Source: an uncultured virus (IMG/VR IMGVR_UViG_3300025922_000001) (Duplodnaviria; Heunggongvirae; Uroviricota; Caudoviricetes). From it: DNA of 32,433 nt. The translations under genes were made by a program, and so were the position numbers. Shown piece after piece: positions 17,132 to 25,992 of this stretch. The notes under the pieces are model-generated. The model had not been told where the DNA came from, did not search any database, and saw only the letters and a program-made list of their open reading frames with translations. The stretch is taken from IMG/VR virus record IMGVR_UViG_3300025922_000001, one strand, 5' to 3'. Within the stretch, counting starts at the first letter, position 1. The number at the start of each line of letters is the position of its first letter.

Positions 17132-17809
17132 ATGGCTGGAATTTGCGCAGCTCCTATCAAGGGAACGCACCTGCGCCTCGTCAAGACTGACGACTGTGGT
17201 ATCCCTGTTACGGGTGCATCATCTCTCGTCATCGTCACCAAGGGTTTCGTCCAGGTTGAGATGGAACCCGACTACGAAGAGGGCGAAGAGTTCTTCGAGC
17301 GCAATGCTGATGGTGAAGCATGCGTGAATCAGAAGGACAAGCCCACGCTCAAGCGTCTTGGCCTTACGGTTGACTTCTGTGAGGTTGACCCAGTCGCAGC
17401 ATCAATGGTGCTTTCGGCACGCCTGCTGGACACTGCGGCAGTTCCTGTCACAGGTACTGGTTTTGCGCTCGCTGAGGGTGAGCCTGAGAATCGTTTCTCC
17501 ATGGAAGTTTGGCAGCGTGTTGCTGGCTCTGGTGCATGTGATGCATCTGGTGTCCAGAGGTACATCTACAACGCGTGGCCGAACGTCGGCAACGTGATGC
17601 TGAACACGTACACGATCGAGAACGCTCGATCCACTCTCTCGTTCACCGCAGAGACGCAGGCTGCCTCAACGCTATGGGGTAATGGTCCTGGCACTGGTGC
17701 GAGTTGGCTACCTGTCGGTGAAGTTGTGGAAGACTTTGAACACTGGTTGTGGAACATCACCACTGTGGCCCTGCCGACAGCTGCATGTGGGCCGCTCACT
17801 CTAACGTAG
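17132..17809 (+). CDS. Major tail (tube) protein
   Basis: ATG at 17132 after SD AGGAG (track start 17042 overlaps the previous gene). KGTHLRLVKTDDCG.P, GFVQVE, EEGEE...NADG..CV, FCEVDP, FSMEVW, IENA...F. Confidence 0.8.
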   Translation: MAGICAAPIKGTHLRLVKTDDCGIPVTGASSLVIVTKGFVQVEMEPDYEEGEEFFERNADGEACVNQKDKPTLKRLGLTVDFCEVDPVAASMVLSARLLDTAAVPVTGTGFALAEGEPENRFSMEVWQRVAGSGACDASGVQRYIYNAWPNVGNVMLNTYTIENARSTLSFTAETQAASTLWGNGPGTGASWLPVGEVVEDFEHWLWNITTVALPTAACGPLTLT

Positions 17810-17866
17810 TATTCATGCGAGAGGTGTGTGATGTTGCGTAAGACTAGCACATCTTACGAAGCATGG

Positions 17867-17914
17867 AGCTATCAAACAGGCGCACTGTTCGCGGTGCGCC
17901 TGTTTGTCATAGCT
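17867..17914 (+). terminator. Long UUCG-capped hairpin after the major tail gene
   Basis: AGCTAT-CAAACAGGCGCACTG-TTCG-CGGTGCGCCTGTTTG-TC-ATAGCT: 15-bp stem (one G-U) plus a 6-bp extension. Confidence 0.65.
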
Positions 17915-17935
17915 AATCAGAGCAAGGAGTAGCCC

Positions 17936-18373
17936 ATGTCCGGCTTCGACGATGCAACCGAGCGCGCGATCCTCAACCACGTGTTCACTGACCCGGCGTG
18001 GGTCCCGGCGTCCACCCTCTACCTCGGCTTGTCTTCGACCACGCCTACCGACGCCGGAGCAAACTTTACTGAGCCGGCGTCAGGTTCATACGCGCGGGTC
18101 TCGACCGCAGCGGCGGATTGGGGCGCGGCAACGGGAACCGCCCCGGCCACGAAGTCGAACACCGCGGTGAAGACATTCCCCACCGCCACGGGTGACTGGC
18201 TCTCTGGTGTCAATCTTACATTCTTTGGATTGTTCGAGGCATTGAGCGGTGGAACTCCTATTGTCTTTGGCGCGCTAACGGTGCCTAAGGTTGTGCTCTC
18301 TGGTGACACTGCACAATTTGCCGCAGGCGCACTCGTCATCCGACTTGGTGATCCTGGCGACACCTACAGCTAA
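17936..18373 (+). CDS. Small virion structural protein (fiber/decoration-associated)
   Basis: E.AILNH.F, LYLGL.ST.P, E..SGSYAR, N....FPTATGDW, FGLFEA.SGG, GD...F.AG.L: a pattern I recognise from small proteins beside phage fiber genes. SD AAGGAG. Confidence 0.6.
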   Translation: MSGFDDATERAILNHVFTDPAWVPASTLYLGLSSTTPTDAGANFTEPASGSYARVSTAAADWGAATGTAPATKSNTAVKTFPTATGDWLSGVNLTFFGLFEALSGGTPIVFGALTVPKVVLSGDTAQFAAGALVIRLGDPGDTYS

Positions 18374-18408
18374 TCGAGGAAGTGAACGACTAGTGGGGAG
18401 GAGATGAC

Positions 18409-20034
18409 GTGGTAACTGTCGTTGAAGAACTACACGGTAGCGGTTACACTGACATCATCCTCACCACTGACGGTGTCACCACGCAAATCGGACAATGGCT
18501 TGTCGCAGTTCAAGGCTGTGATTTTTATAACGCATCCGACTTGGTGTCACCTAGTCCGGGTACGTGGACATTGCTTGCGGGTGATGGCAATCTCTCATCT
18601 GGACATCCACACGTTAAGATTTGGACGCGGCAAGTTACCGTCGCAGGTGCTAATGCTGTCACGTTCGACCAAGCACTTGACTCGGGCAATCATGCGCATC
18701 TTCGTGTCCTATCCGGAGTGGATAGCTTTGATGTTGGCGCTGGTTCATTCGGCCCGTCATCAGTGTCGCATGTGTGTCCATCGCTTGTCACAACAGCAAA
18801 TGGTGATTACCTACTTAACGCCAGCATTGGTCTCACTAGTGGCGGTGCGGCGTTTGACTACACGGCGCCGTCGAACATGGTGGAGACTGATGTTTCCACA
18901 TTTTCCACCATGGGTTCTCATAATGAGATTCTTGGTGCTGCTGGAGCAACGGGCACACGCACGCATACTGCATCATCTGCTTGTGAATACGCATCAGCAA
19001 GTGTTGCCTTCAAAGCATCTACTGGCGCGACTGTTGATTTTGAAGGAACAAGTAACGCTGCTGCCAATGCCGGTGGTGCTGTTGCGATTGAGAGGGCATT
19101 CACTGGTACTGCGAACTCTGCTGCCAATGCTAGCGGTGACATTACGGTAAGTAGAGCACTCGCTGGTGCTGCGAACTCTGCTGGCCAGGCGTCTGGAACA
19201 TTGACGCTTCAAGGAGAGGGAGGGACCGTGACTGCCCCGCTTACGACCGAATACGGTCCCTGCGAGCCGTGGCCTGTTCGCTGGACCTGCGATGTCTCAA
19301 CGGTGTCGCCAATCATTACTGGGCAAGCTGTCCAGTTTGCGACTGAAGTCATTTGGGCGCTATCAGGACGACAGTTCGGTCTGTGCACTGTTACGCTTCG
19401 ACCATGTCGACGTGAATGTTTTGATGGTGCGTGGAGTGCATCATATAGTCAGTTCGCAGGGAGTGGTGGCTTCGTTTCACCTGCACTTATTGGTGGACGT
19501 TGGTTTAACATCATATGCGGTGGTTGCGGTGATGGGTGTTCATGCAGTCGTGTGTCTGAGGTTGTGCTGCCAGCACCTGTAAACAACATCGTTGAGGTTA
19601 AGATTGATGGAGCGCCTCTCGCAACGGGTGCATATCGACTTGACAACGCACGCCTACTTGTGCGCACTGATGGTGGAGAATGGCCCATCTGTAACAACCT
19701 CTCGTTGAATGACACTGAGGAGGGAACGTGGTCAATTACCGCAGAGTTTGGTACCCACGTACCCGAAGGTGGCGCATGGGCAGTTGGCGAACTAGCGTGC
19801 GAGCTCATTTCTGCGATTGGTGGAAATGATTGCCGGTTGCCTCGTAACATCACGCAGCTTGCTCGTCAAGGTGTGACGATCAGTTTCCCAAGTGTGGTAG
19901 AGCTGTTTAAGGAACGAGCCACTGGACTCTACCTCGTCGATCTCTTCATTGCGACATGGAATCCCAATCGTCTCACAAATCGCTCTGGTGTATATAGCGT
20001 TGACGGAGCGATCGCACGACGGGCGGGTACATAA
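18409..20034 (+). CDS. Head-to-tail adaptor fused to an N-terminal beta-rich accessory domain
   Basis: C-terminal half CEPWPV..C, ATEVIWALSGRQFGLCTVTLRPC, EVKIDG, YRLDN..LLVRTDG..WP.C, GELACE, CRLP...Q..RQGV, TGL..VD.FI...NP (adaptor). N-terminal half is Thr/Ser/Gly-rich. Confidence 0.75.
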   Translation: MVTVVEELHGSGYTDIILTTDGVTTQIGQWLVAVQGCDFYNASDLVSPSPGTWTLLAGDGNLSSGHPHVKIWTRQVTVAGANAVTFDQALDSGNHAHLRVLSGVDSFDVGAGSFGPSSVSHVCPSLVTTANGDYLLNASIGLTSGGAAFDYTAPSNMVETDVSTFSTMGSHNEILGAAGATGTRTHTASSACEYASASVAFKASTGATVDFEGTSNAAANAGGAVAIERAFTGTANSAANASGDITVSRALAGAANSAGQASGTLTLQGEGGTVTAPLTTEYGPCEPWPVRWTCDVSTVSPIITGQAVQFATEVIWALSGRQFGLCTVTLRPCRRECFDGAWSASYSQFAGSGGFVSPALIGGRWFNIICGGCGDGCSCSRVSEVVLPAPVNNIVEVKIDGAPLATGAYRLDNARLLVRTDGGEWPICNNLSLNDTEEGTWSITAEFGTHVPEGGAWAVGELACELISAIGGNDCRLPRNITQLARQGVTISFPSVVELFKERATGLYLVDLFIATWNPNRLTNRSGVYSVDGAIARRAGT

Positions 20035-20552
20035 TGGCAACACCGCAAGAATTGTCATTTTACACCATTCCTAACATTCTGCTGACTGACATCGCTGCTG
20101 CACTGGCCACAACTCCTGGTGGCCCGGTTGAGCGTGCCTGTGTTGTTCCAGCAGCGATCGCATGGGATCACTGTGATTGTGGTGCACTTTACATCGCGGT
20201 AAATAAGTGGTTTCTCTCTGAGACATTCCCAATTAATGCGCAGGGCGCTGACCCACGCACCACGCCGTGCGAGCTTCCATGGCTTGTTGGTGACATTGTC
20301 ATTCAGGTGATGAGATGCGCGCCACAGCCTATTGGGCGTGAGATCGCACCAACATGCGCAGCACTAGACAACGCAGTGATGATCTTGGCAGTTGACGCAT
20401 ATGTCACTCTTCACACGGCACTATCAACACTGTGCGGATTGAAGGAAGACGACATCATCATCGATTTTAGTTTCGGTGAACAAACTGCATCAGGTCCAGA
20501 GGGTGCTTGTGCTGGTTCTGAGATTCACGCATTTGTTGCGATCCCGAGGTGA
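20034..20552 (+). CDS. Head-tail connector / tail terminator-type protein
   Basis: VPAAIAWDHCDCG.LY, VMRCAP, GPEGACAG; position after the adaptor. Confidence 0.6.
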   Translation: MATPQELSFYTIPNILLTDIAAALATTPGGPVERACVVPAAIAWDHCDCGALYIAVNKWFLSETFPINAQGADPRTTPCELPWLVGDIVIQVMRCAPQPIGREIAPTCAALDNAVMILAVDAYVTLHTALSTLCGLKEDDIIIDFSFGEQTASGPEGACAGSEIHAFVAIPR

Positions 20553-20555
20553 CGC

Positions 20556-20966
20556 ATGAGCGTCATCGTAAAAATCGATGTTAAGCAAATCAACATTCGT
20601 AAGATGTTTGCGGATCCTAAAGGTCCAGTGGCTCGTGGTGTGTTGCGTATGTCAAAGAAGGTTGAGCGCAAAGCCAAAAGGCTTGCTCCCGTCGACAAGG
20701 GTCAACTCCGCGCATCTATCACGTCACAAGTTGTTTTTCGCGGTGGTCTTCCCATCGGACGTGTTGGCACAAATGTGAAACACGCGATGTGGGTACACGA
20801 AGGTACAGGCATTTATGGTCCTCGTGGCATGCCTATTAGGCCTAAGAATGGTAAGGTCTTGGTTTTTAGACCAAAGGGTGCTGCGAAGAATGTGTATGTG
20901 AAGTCGGTAAAGGGCATGAAGGGAAGACCATTCCTCAGAGATGCTCTCAAGGTGCTTGCAGCGTAG
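20556..20966 (+). CDS. HK97 gp10-like neck/tail-completion protein
   Basis: AKRLAPVDKGQLRASI, VGTNVKHA.WVHEGTG, G.KGRPFL.DAL. Confidence 0.85.
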   Translation: MSVIVKIDVKQINIRKMFADPKGPVARGVLRMSKKVERKAKRLAPVDKGQLRASITSQVVFRGGLPIGRVGTNVKHAMWVHEGTGIYGPRGMPIRPKNGKVLVFRPKGAAKNVYVKSVKGMKGRPFLRDALKVLAA

Positions 20967-21169
20967 ACCAGAAGTAACTACAGAATGTGTAGTTGATATG
21001 TCGAGGGGATGATACAGATGCCTCTGAGTACTCTCTGAGCACCCTAGAGTCGGGCTGCCGGATAGTCTACCTGGTCGATTTCGATTGGCTTTGTTAAGAC
21101 ACTAATTCAATATGGCAGTTGGCGCGCAATACAGTAACAAGGAAAGGCTTTACACCCTCGGAGGATTGA

Positions 21170-21592
21170 ATGAGTGCACAAGTGACTCCCGATGATGACA
21201 TCATGGATTTCACACCGACGCGAAAGGTACCTCGTTTTCGTATTGGTGAAGACATTTTCACCGGTGTGCTGGAAATTCCCGCTGAACTTGCGCTTGAGTT
21301 CAGCCAGAAGGCATCGGTAATGAATGCCGAAAATCAGACGCCTGCCGAGCGCATTGCTCTCGTGCGTGATCTGATGGAAATTGTCCTCGTTCCCGAATCG
21401 GCGAAGCTCTTCAATCATCGACTCGGTGATCCCAACAACCCCATCGGCATGAGTTCATTTAGTGCGGTTATCCCGTGGCTTTTCAAGAAGTACACGGGAA
21501 CCCCTACGACGCCGGACTCGGACTCCTCCTCTGGGCCCGGCAACCAGGAGTCTGGCACGAGCTCGACGGAGAGCACCTCGGGCGAGGAGTAG
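21170..21592 (+). CDS. Tail assembly chaperone (gpG-like)
   Basis: Sits upstream of the tape measure gene with SD GGAGG and a Ser/Thr-rich low-complexity tail, overlapped by a -1 frame ORF. Confidence 0.75.
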   Translation: MSAQVTPDDDIMDFTPTRKVPRFRIGEDIFTGVLEIPAELALEFSQKASVMNAENQTPAERIALVRDLMEIVLVPESAKLFNHRLGDPNNPIGMSSFSAVIPWLFKKYTGTPTTPDSDSSSGPGNQESGTSSTESTSGEE

Positions 21593-21852
21593 ACCTACTT
21601 AAACTCCCACTGTCTCGGTTTCTCAACGTCCTGTACTATGCTTCAACACAGAGGCTTCGTTACGACGAGAAGAACCCAAGTGCACCACGTGAGCGACTTG
21701 ATAAGAGGCTCAAAGTCGCAGAATGGGAATTGCCGGGAGGTAGGTATGTGGCGCCAGTGCACACCGCTGGACGGCCGCCTGCTTGGTGGGATGATGATGA
21801 AGAGGCTTCACAGTCTTTTCTCGCGAGTGTAGGGGTGATGAACCTTGGCTGA
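21496..21852 (+). CDS. Tail assembly chaperone frameshift extension (gpT-like, -1 frame)
   Basis: Open frame 21475..21852 is -1 relative to 21170..21592 and ends overlapping the TMP start; PPAWWDDDEEASQS C-terminus. Candidate slip region GGGAACCCCTAC at 21496-21507. Confidence 0.65.
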   Translation, partial: GNPYDAGLGLLLWARQPGVWHELDGEHLGRGVDLLKLPLSRFLNVLYYASTQRLRYDEKNPSAPRERLDKRLKVAEWELPGGRYVAPVHTAGRPPAWWDDDEEASQSFLASVGVMNLG

Positions 21853-24559
21853 CGTGCTTGGTGAGGCTGTAGTCGAGATCATTCCCGATGTTAAGAACTT
21901 CGGGAAAGATCTCGACAAGCAGCTGCGTGGCGCCACAGACAACATCAGCAAGTCAGTCAAGGACATCGACAAAGAGTTTGCGACGATCAGCGGCAGTCTT
22001 GAGAGTTCGTTCAAGGAAGCCACTGCCGCAATCGATAAAGACTTTGCTGAGATGTCAGCACATATCGACAAGCACGGCTCGCTTGCCGCAGCGAGTCAAA
22101 AGAAGTCGGCTGAAGACACTGAGACAAGTTGGCGCATTGCAGGCAAGGGCATCGAAGGTATCTTCGGTGATGTGCTGTCGGCAGGTAATAAGTCTGCGAA
22201 AGATGTGGAGAAGGAATTCGCACGCGCGGCTAAGGCCACCGAGAAGGCGCTGAAGGACTCGGCAAAGATGGCCGAGAAGGAATACAACGACATCGCAAAG
22301 GCCGCTAAAAAGGCGGCTGACGAGCAGGAAAGAGCTGCGAGGAAGACAGCTGAATCGTCACGCGATGCCGATTCGTCGCTAAGCGGACTTGGCTCAAAGG
22401 TGAGTAGCCTCACTGGACTTTTTGCTAAGTTGGGCAGCGCAGGCGCGTCAATCGGTGGCATCCTTCCCATTGCAGCGGCACTTGTTTCAGCACTTGAGGC
22501 TGCGGCAGGCGCAGCACTTATTCTTCCTGGCGCACTTGCCTCGATTGGCATCGCAGGTGCGACGCTTAAGGTGGCGTTCACAGGCATTGGTGAAGCGCTA
22601 TCAGCAGACAACGCCAAAGAGCTCGATAAGGCCATGCAGAATCTTCCGCCGACGGCGCAAGAGTTCGTCAAGGCTCTTCGCAATGTCAAGGATGAATTTG
22701 AAGGTGTTCGTCGTGGTGTCCAGTCGGCATTTTTCTCAGGTCTCGATGCAAAAATTGACCAGCTTGGTTCGGCACTGCTGCCGGTCGTCACGCGCGGCTT
22801 GGTAGGCATCGCACAAGAATTGAACACCACCGCCAAGAGCTTTGCCGATATGCTCTTGGAAGGCGAAAACGTCAAAGCACTTGACTCGATCTTTGACGCG
22901 ACGAGAACGACGGTGCATAATCTTGGTGAGGCACTTGCGCCAATCGGTCAGGCTCTCCTGGACATCGTACAGGTTGGCGCCGAGGCATTTGCTGACTTGA
23001 CCGAAGGTGCTGGCAACGCTGCACAGAAGTTTGCCGACTTCATTCGTGAAATGAAGGAATCGGGCAAGCTACGTGATATCATCGATGATGGTATTCAGGC
23101 GTTCAAGATTTTGGGCGGATTGCTTAGCGACATCGCTGCCATCGTTAAGAACATCTTTGGACCACTCATTGAGGGTGCTGGCGCGCTAGGCACTCCTCTT
23201 AACGCAGTGCTTGATACATTCCGTGAATTCACGTCGCAGCAGCAATTCGTTGATATGATGCGTGATCTCGGTAAAATCATGGGTGATCTCGCTGGAGCCG
23301 TTGGTGATGTACTTGGCACTGCATTGAAATCAGTGCTGCCATTTGTCGAAAAGCTCATTTCGTTGCTTAGTGATCACCTTCAAAAAGTCTTGCCGATCAT
23401 CGTACCTCTGTTCCAAAAGCTTTCTGAGTTCCTCGGCAATCTTCTCACAGCACTTGAACCACTCATTGAGCCATTTTTCACGCTGGTCCAGAAGTTGCTC
23501 CCGCCGATGGCGGATCTTTTGACCCGCATCATCGACAGTATCGATCTCGAGAAGGTGTCGCAATTTGCGACGACGGTTGGTGAATCGCTTTCTAACGCGA
23601 TCACGAATCTCATGCCGCATATCATTGAATTTGCTGACAAACTTGGTGATTTGTTCGTGAAGATGGGTCCGACAATCGACACGTTCCTTGACTTTGCCAC
23701 TAATGTCCTACCGATTGTGGTGGCTGGTCTTGGTTGGCTTGGTGGATTTATTCTTGACTTCATTACGTTTTTCCTTGATCCACTTATTACTGCGTGGCAA
23801 GGCGTAGGCTTTATTGTCACAGAGGTGTGGCAGGCAATTAAGGACTGGATTGTTCTTAAGGTTGGTGAGATTCTCGCCGGACTTGAGATCATTGGAAGCT
23901 TGCCAGGCAAGTTTGGTGAGTGGTTTGGCAACATGCGGCAAGCAGCGATTGATAAGCTCGCTGAGCTTGTGAATAATATCCGTGAAATTCCGGGTAGGAT
24001 TCTTGATGCCTTGGGCAATCTTGGTAGCCTGCTATGGGATGCAGGCGCAAGAGTGATTGGCGGCTTCATCGACGGACTTAAGTCGAGGATCTCTGAGATT
24101 GGTGCCATCCTTGGCGGTATCACGTCATCGATCCCGATGTTGAAGGGTCCCCCTGTCGTCGACAAGAAGCTGTTGACTCCAAGCGGGCAGATGGTTATGG
24201 ATGGCTTGGTTGCGGGCTTTGTCAAGGGTGAGAGGGACGTTACAAAGCATCTGAATGCGTTGACTAAGGACATCGCGAACCAGATGAACATGTCGCAGGG
24301 TGCAAGTAACGCTGCGCGCTCAGTGAATAGCATGACATCGAACATGGGTCCAGGGGGTGCCATCACGCAGGCTGCCATCGCCGAAGGAGCTGCCACGCGT
24401 GCTGCCATCGCTCTTACGCGTGAAACTGGCGACCAAAACGTTGATGTCACTGTGGTGATGGGTGATGAAGTGCTTGACTCGATGGTCACCAATGTAATCG
24501 TGAAGCGCGATAAGCGTACGAAGCGGGCTGTCACCGCTGGTGGAAGGCGGACTCCGTGA
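21845..24559 (+). CDS. Tape measure protein
   Basis: MADVLGEAVVEIIPD..F start, long Ala/Leu-rich helical sequence, KGPP..D..LL...GQ..MDGL..G near the C-terminus; follows the chaperones. Confidence 0.9.
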   Translation: MADVLGEAVVEIIPDVKNFGKDLDKQLRGATDNISKSVKDIDKEFATISGSLESSFKEATAAIDKDFAEMSAHIDKHGSLAAASQKKSAEDTETSWRIAGKGIEGIFGDVLSAGNKSAKDVEKEFARAAKATEKALKDSAKMAEKEYNDIAKAAKKAADEQERAARKTAESSRDADSSLSGLGSKVSSLTGLFAKLGSAGASIGGILPIAAALVSALEAAAGAALILPGALASIGIAGATLKVAFTGIGEALSADNAKELDKAMQNLPPTAQEFVKALRNVKDEFEGVRRGVQSAFFSGLDAKIDQLGSALLPVVTRGLVGIAQELNTTAKSFADMLLEGENVKALDSIFDATRTTVHNLGEALAPIGQALLDIVQVGAEAFADLTEGAGNAAQKFADFIREMKESGKLRDIIDDGIQAFKILGGLLSDIAAIVKNIFGPLIEGAGALGTPLNAVLDTFREFTSQQQFVDMMRDLGKIMGDLAGAVGDVLGTALKSVLPFVEKLISLLSDHLQKVLPIIVPLFQKLSEFLGNLLTALEPLIEPFFTLVQKLLPPMADLLTRIIDSIDLEKVSQFATTVGESLSNAITNLMPHIIEFADKLGDLFVKMGPTIDTFLDFATNVLPIVVAGLGWLGGFILDFITFFLDPLITAWQGVGFIVTEVWQAIKDWIVLKVGEILAGLEIIGSLPGKFGEWFGNMRQAAIDKLAELVNNIREIPGRILDALGNLGSLLWDAGARVIGGFIDGLKSRISEIGAILGGITSSIPMLKGPPVVDKKLLTPSGQMVMDGLVAGFVKGERDVTKHLNALTKDIANQMNMSQGASNAARSVNSMTSNMGPGGAITQAAIAEGAATRAAIALTRETGDQNVDVTVVMGDEVLDSMVTNVIVKRDKRTKRAVTAGGRRTP

Positions 24560-25980
24560 CCACGACACTTACGTATGATGGTACGCTATCAAGTGTGCAT
24601 ATCGCTGTGACAGGCTTGAACGTCATCGCTGATCGTGCAACAGTTGAACGATCCACTAATCAGGTAACGTGGAGCTTCGTGCGTGGTGGCGACAACATCA
24701 TCCCCACTTCGCAATCGTTTACACTGGACGATTATGAGTTCTCGCCGAATGTGTTGAATTACTACCGAGTGCGTGCCTATGATACTGCACCAACGACATT
24801 TGTCACAGGCATGCCAGGCACCGCAGGCAACAACGCATCGGTAGTGCCAATGACGCCGTCTGGTCAGCAGGCCGGCGACCTTATGCTCATTGAGGCGAGT
24901 ATTCGCAACAGTCCCACCGGACAGCCTGTGGTGCCGGCAGGGTATACCACTGTTCTCGATGCTGTGAACTTGAAGCTCTTTGGCCGTATCATCACAGGCG
25001 CTGAATCGATGCCAACAATCACATTCACGGGCGGTGTCGCTAATGCGACGACACTCGCCATGCCAGCTTTGTTCAGAAACGCGTCACTCATTGTGGGTAA
25101 CTCTTCTAATCAGTTGAACGAATCACAACAGAATATTCCGCGCGCGCCACTTAGCGTGCCTGAAGATAATATGCTTATCATCTTTGCTGGTTGGAAACAG
25201 GACGACTGGACAACCTGTACGCCCGGACCGATTCCATTCTTGCCCACAGTTGATAATGGTGTCAGTTCGACGCTCGGTGATGACGCAGCAATGATTATGT
25301 CGTGGCAGGTCCAGACAACGAAGTTTGACTTTGGACCCACCACTGCAGGCGTCACAGGTGGTGCTGCGGCCATTTCACGGTGGGGTGCGGCTGCGTTCTA
25401 TCATCAGGATCTCTTGACGGACGACTCGATCGCATCGATCACACCTACTATTGACAGTGTGTGGATGAAGGACATCGGGCGGCCTTTCCTGAACCGTCCC
25501 TTGGATTGTATTCCGAACATGTCGTCCATCACTCGACGTGCGCGAAATGGTATCTTCCCCATCGTGGGTCGAAGCTATCCTATCGCAGTGACTGATCTTC
25601 GTATGTCGCGTGAATTTACGATTGAGATCATTACGCAGACGACGACCGAGAGGGAAGAATTCGACATCGTCCTCGCATCAGGTGATGTGTATTTCTTCCA
25701 ATCACCACCTGGTGATCCCATGCCTACAATGTATGCAGCAGTTGGCGACACTGACGAGCGACGACCACTACGTAATCGAACGTGCGGAAATGACTGGCGC
25801 GTATTCACGTTGCCACTCACTGAGATCGCTGCACCGACATCGGCCATCGTAGGTAACGTGGGTACGTGGCAGACGGTGGTTAACACGTATGCCACATGGG
25901 CAGATGTTATGGCAGCACACGCTGACTGGGCAAGTTTGCTTACTCTCGTTGGCACCATTGACGATATCATCGTTCCATAA
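24556..25980 (+). CDS. Minor tail protein (distal-tail-like) with inserted domain
   Basis: First gene after the TMP. VRGG, DDYEF......YRV, then a ~200-aa insert, then VWMK..GRPFLN, PIVGRSYPIAVTD.R and TWQTV..TYATWADV. Confidence 0.7.
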   Translation: MTTTLTYDGTLSSVHIAVTGLNVIADRATVERSTNQVTWSFVRGGDNIIPTSQSFTLDDYEFSPNVLNYYRVRAYDTAPTTFVTGMPGTAGNNASVVPMTPSGQQAGDLMLIEASIRNSPTGQPVVPAGYTTVLDAVNLKLFGRIITGAESMPTITFTGGVANATTLAMPALFRNASLIVGNSSNQLNESQQNIPRAPLSVPEDNMLIIFAGWKQDDWTTCTPGPIPFLPTVDNGVSSTLGDDAAMIMSWQVQTTKFDFGPTTAGVTGGAAAISRWGAAAFYHQDLLTDDSIASITPTIDSVWMKDIGRPFLNRPLDCIPNMSSITRRARNGIFPIVGRSYPIAVTDLRMSREFTIEIITQTTTEREEFDIVLASGDVYFFQSPPGDPMPTMYAAVGDTDERRPLRNRTCGNDWRVFTLPLTEIAAPTSAIVGNVGTWQTVVNTYATWADVMAAHADWASLLTLVGTIDDIIVP

Positions 25981-25992
25981 GGAGGTGAAGAA

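Noticed and set aside
22096..24534. Long antisense ORFs (259 and 384 aa) opposite the tape measure gene
   Set aside because: Ser/Pro-rich shadow translations fully overlapping a clear gene.
24524..24545. RAVTAGG at the TMP C-terminus as another copy of the head motif
   Set aside because: Imperfect match in an Ala/Gly-rich protein; not counted as evidence, although TMP processing cannot be excluded.
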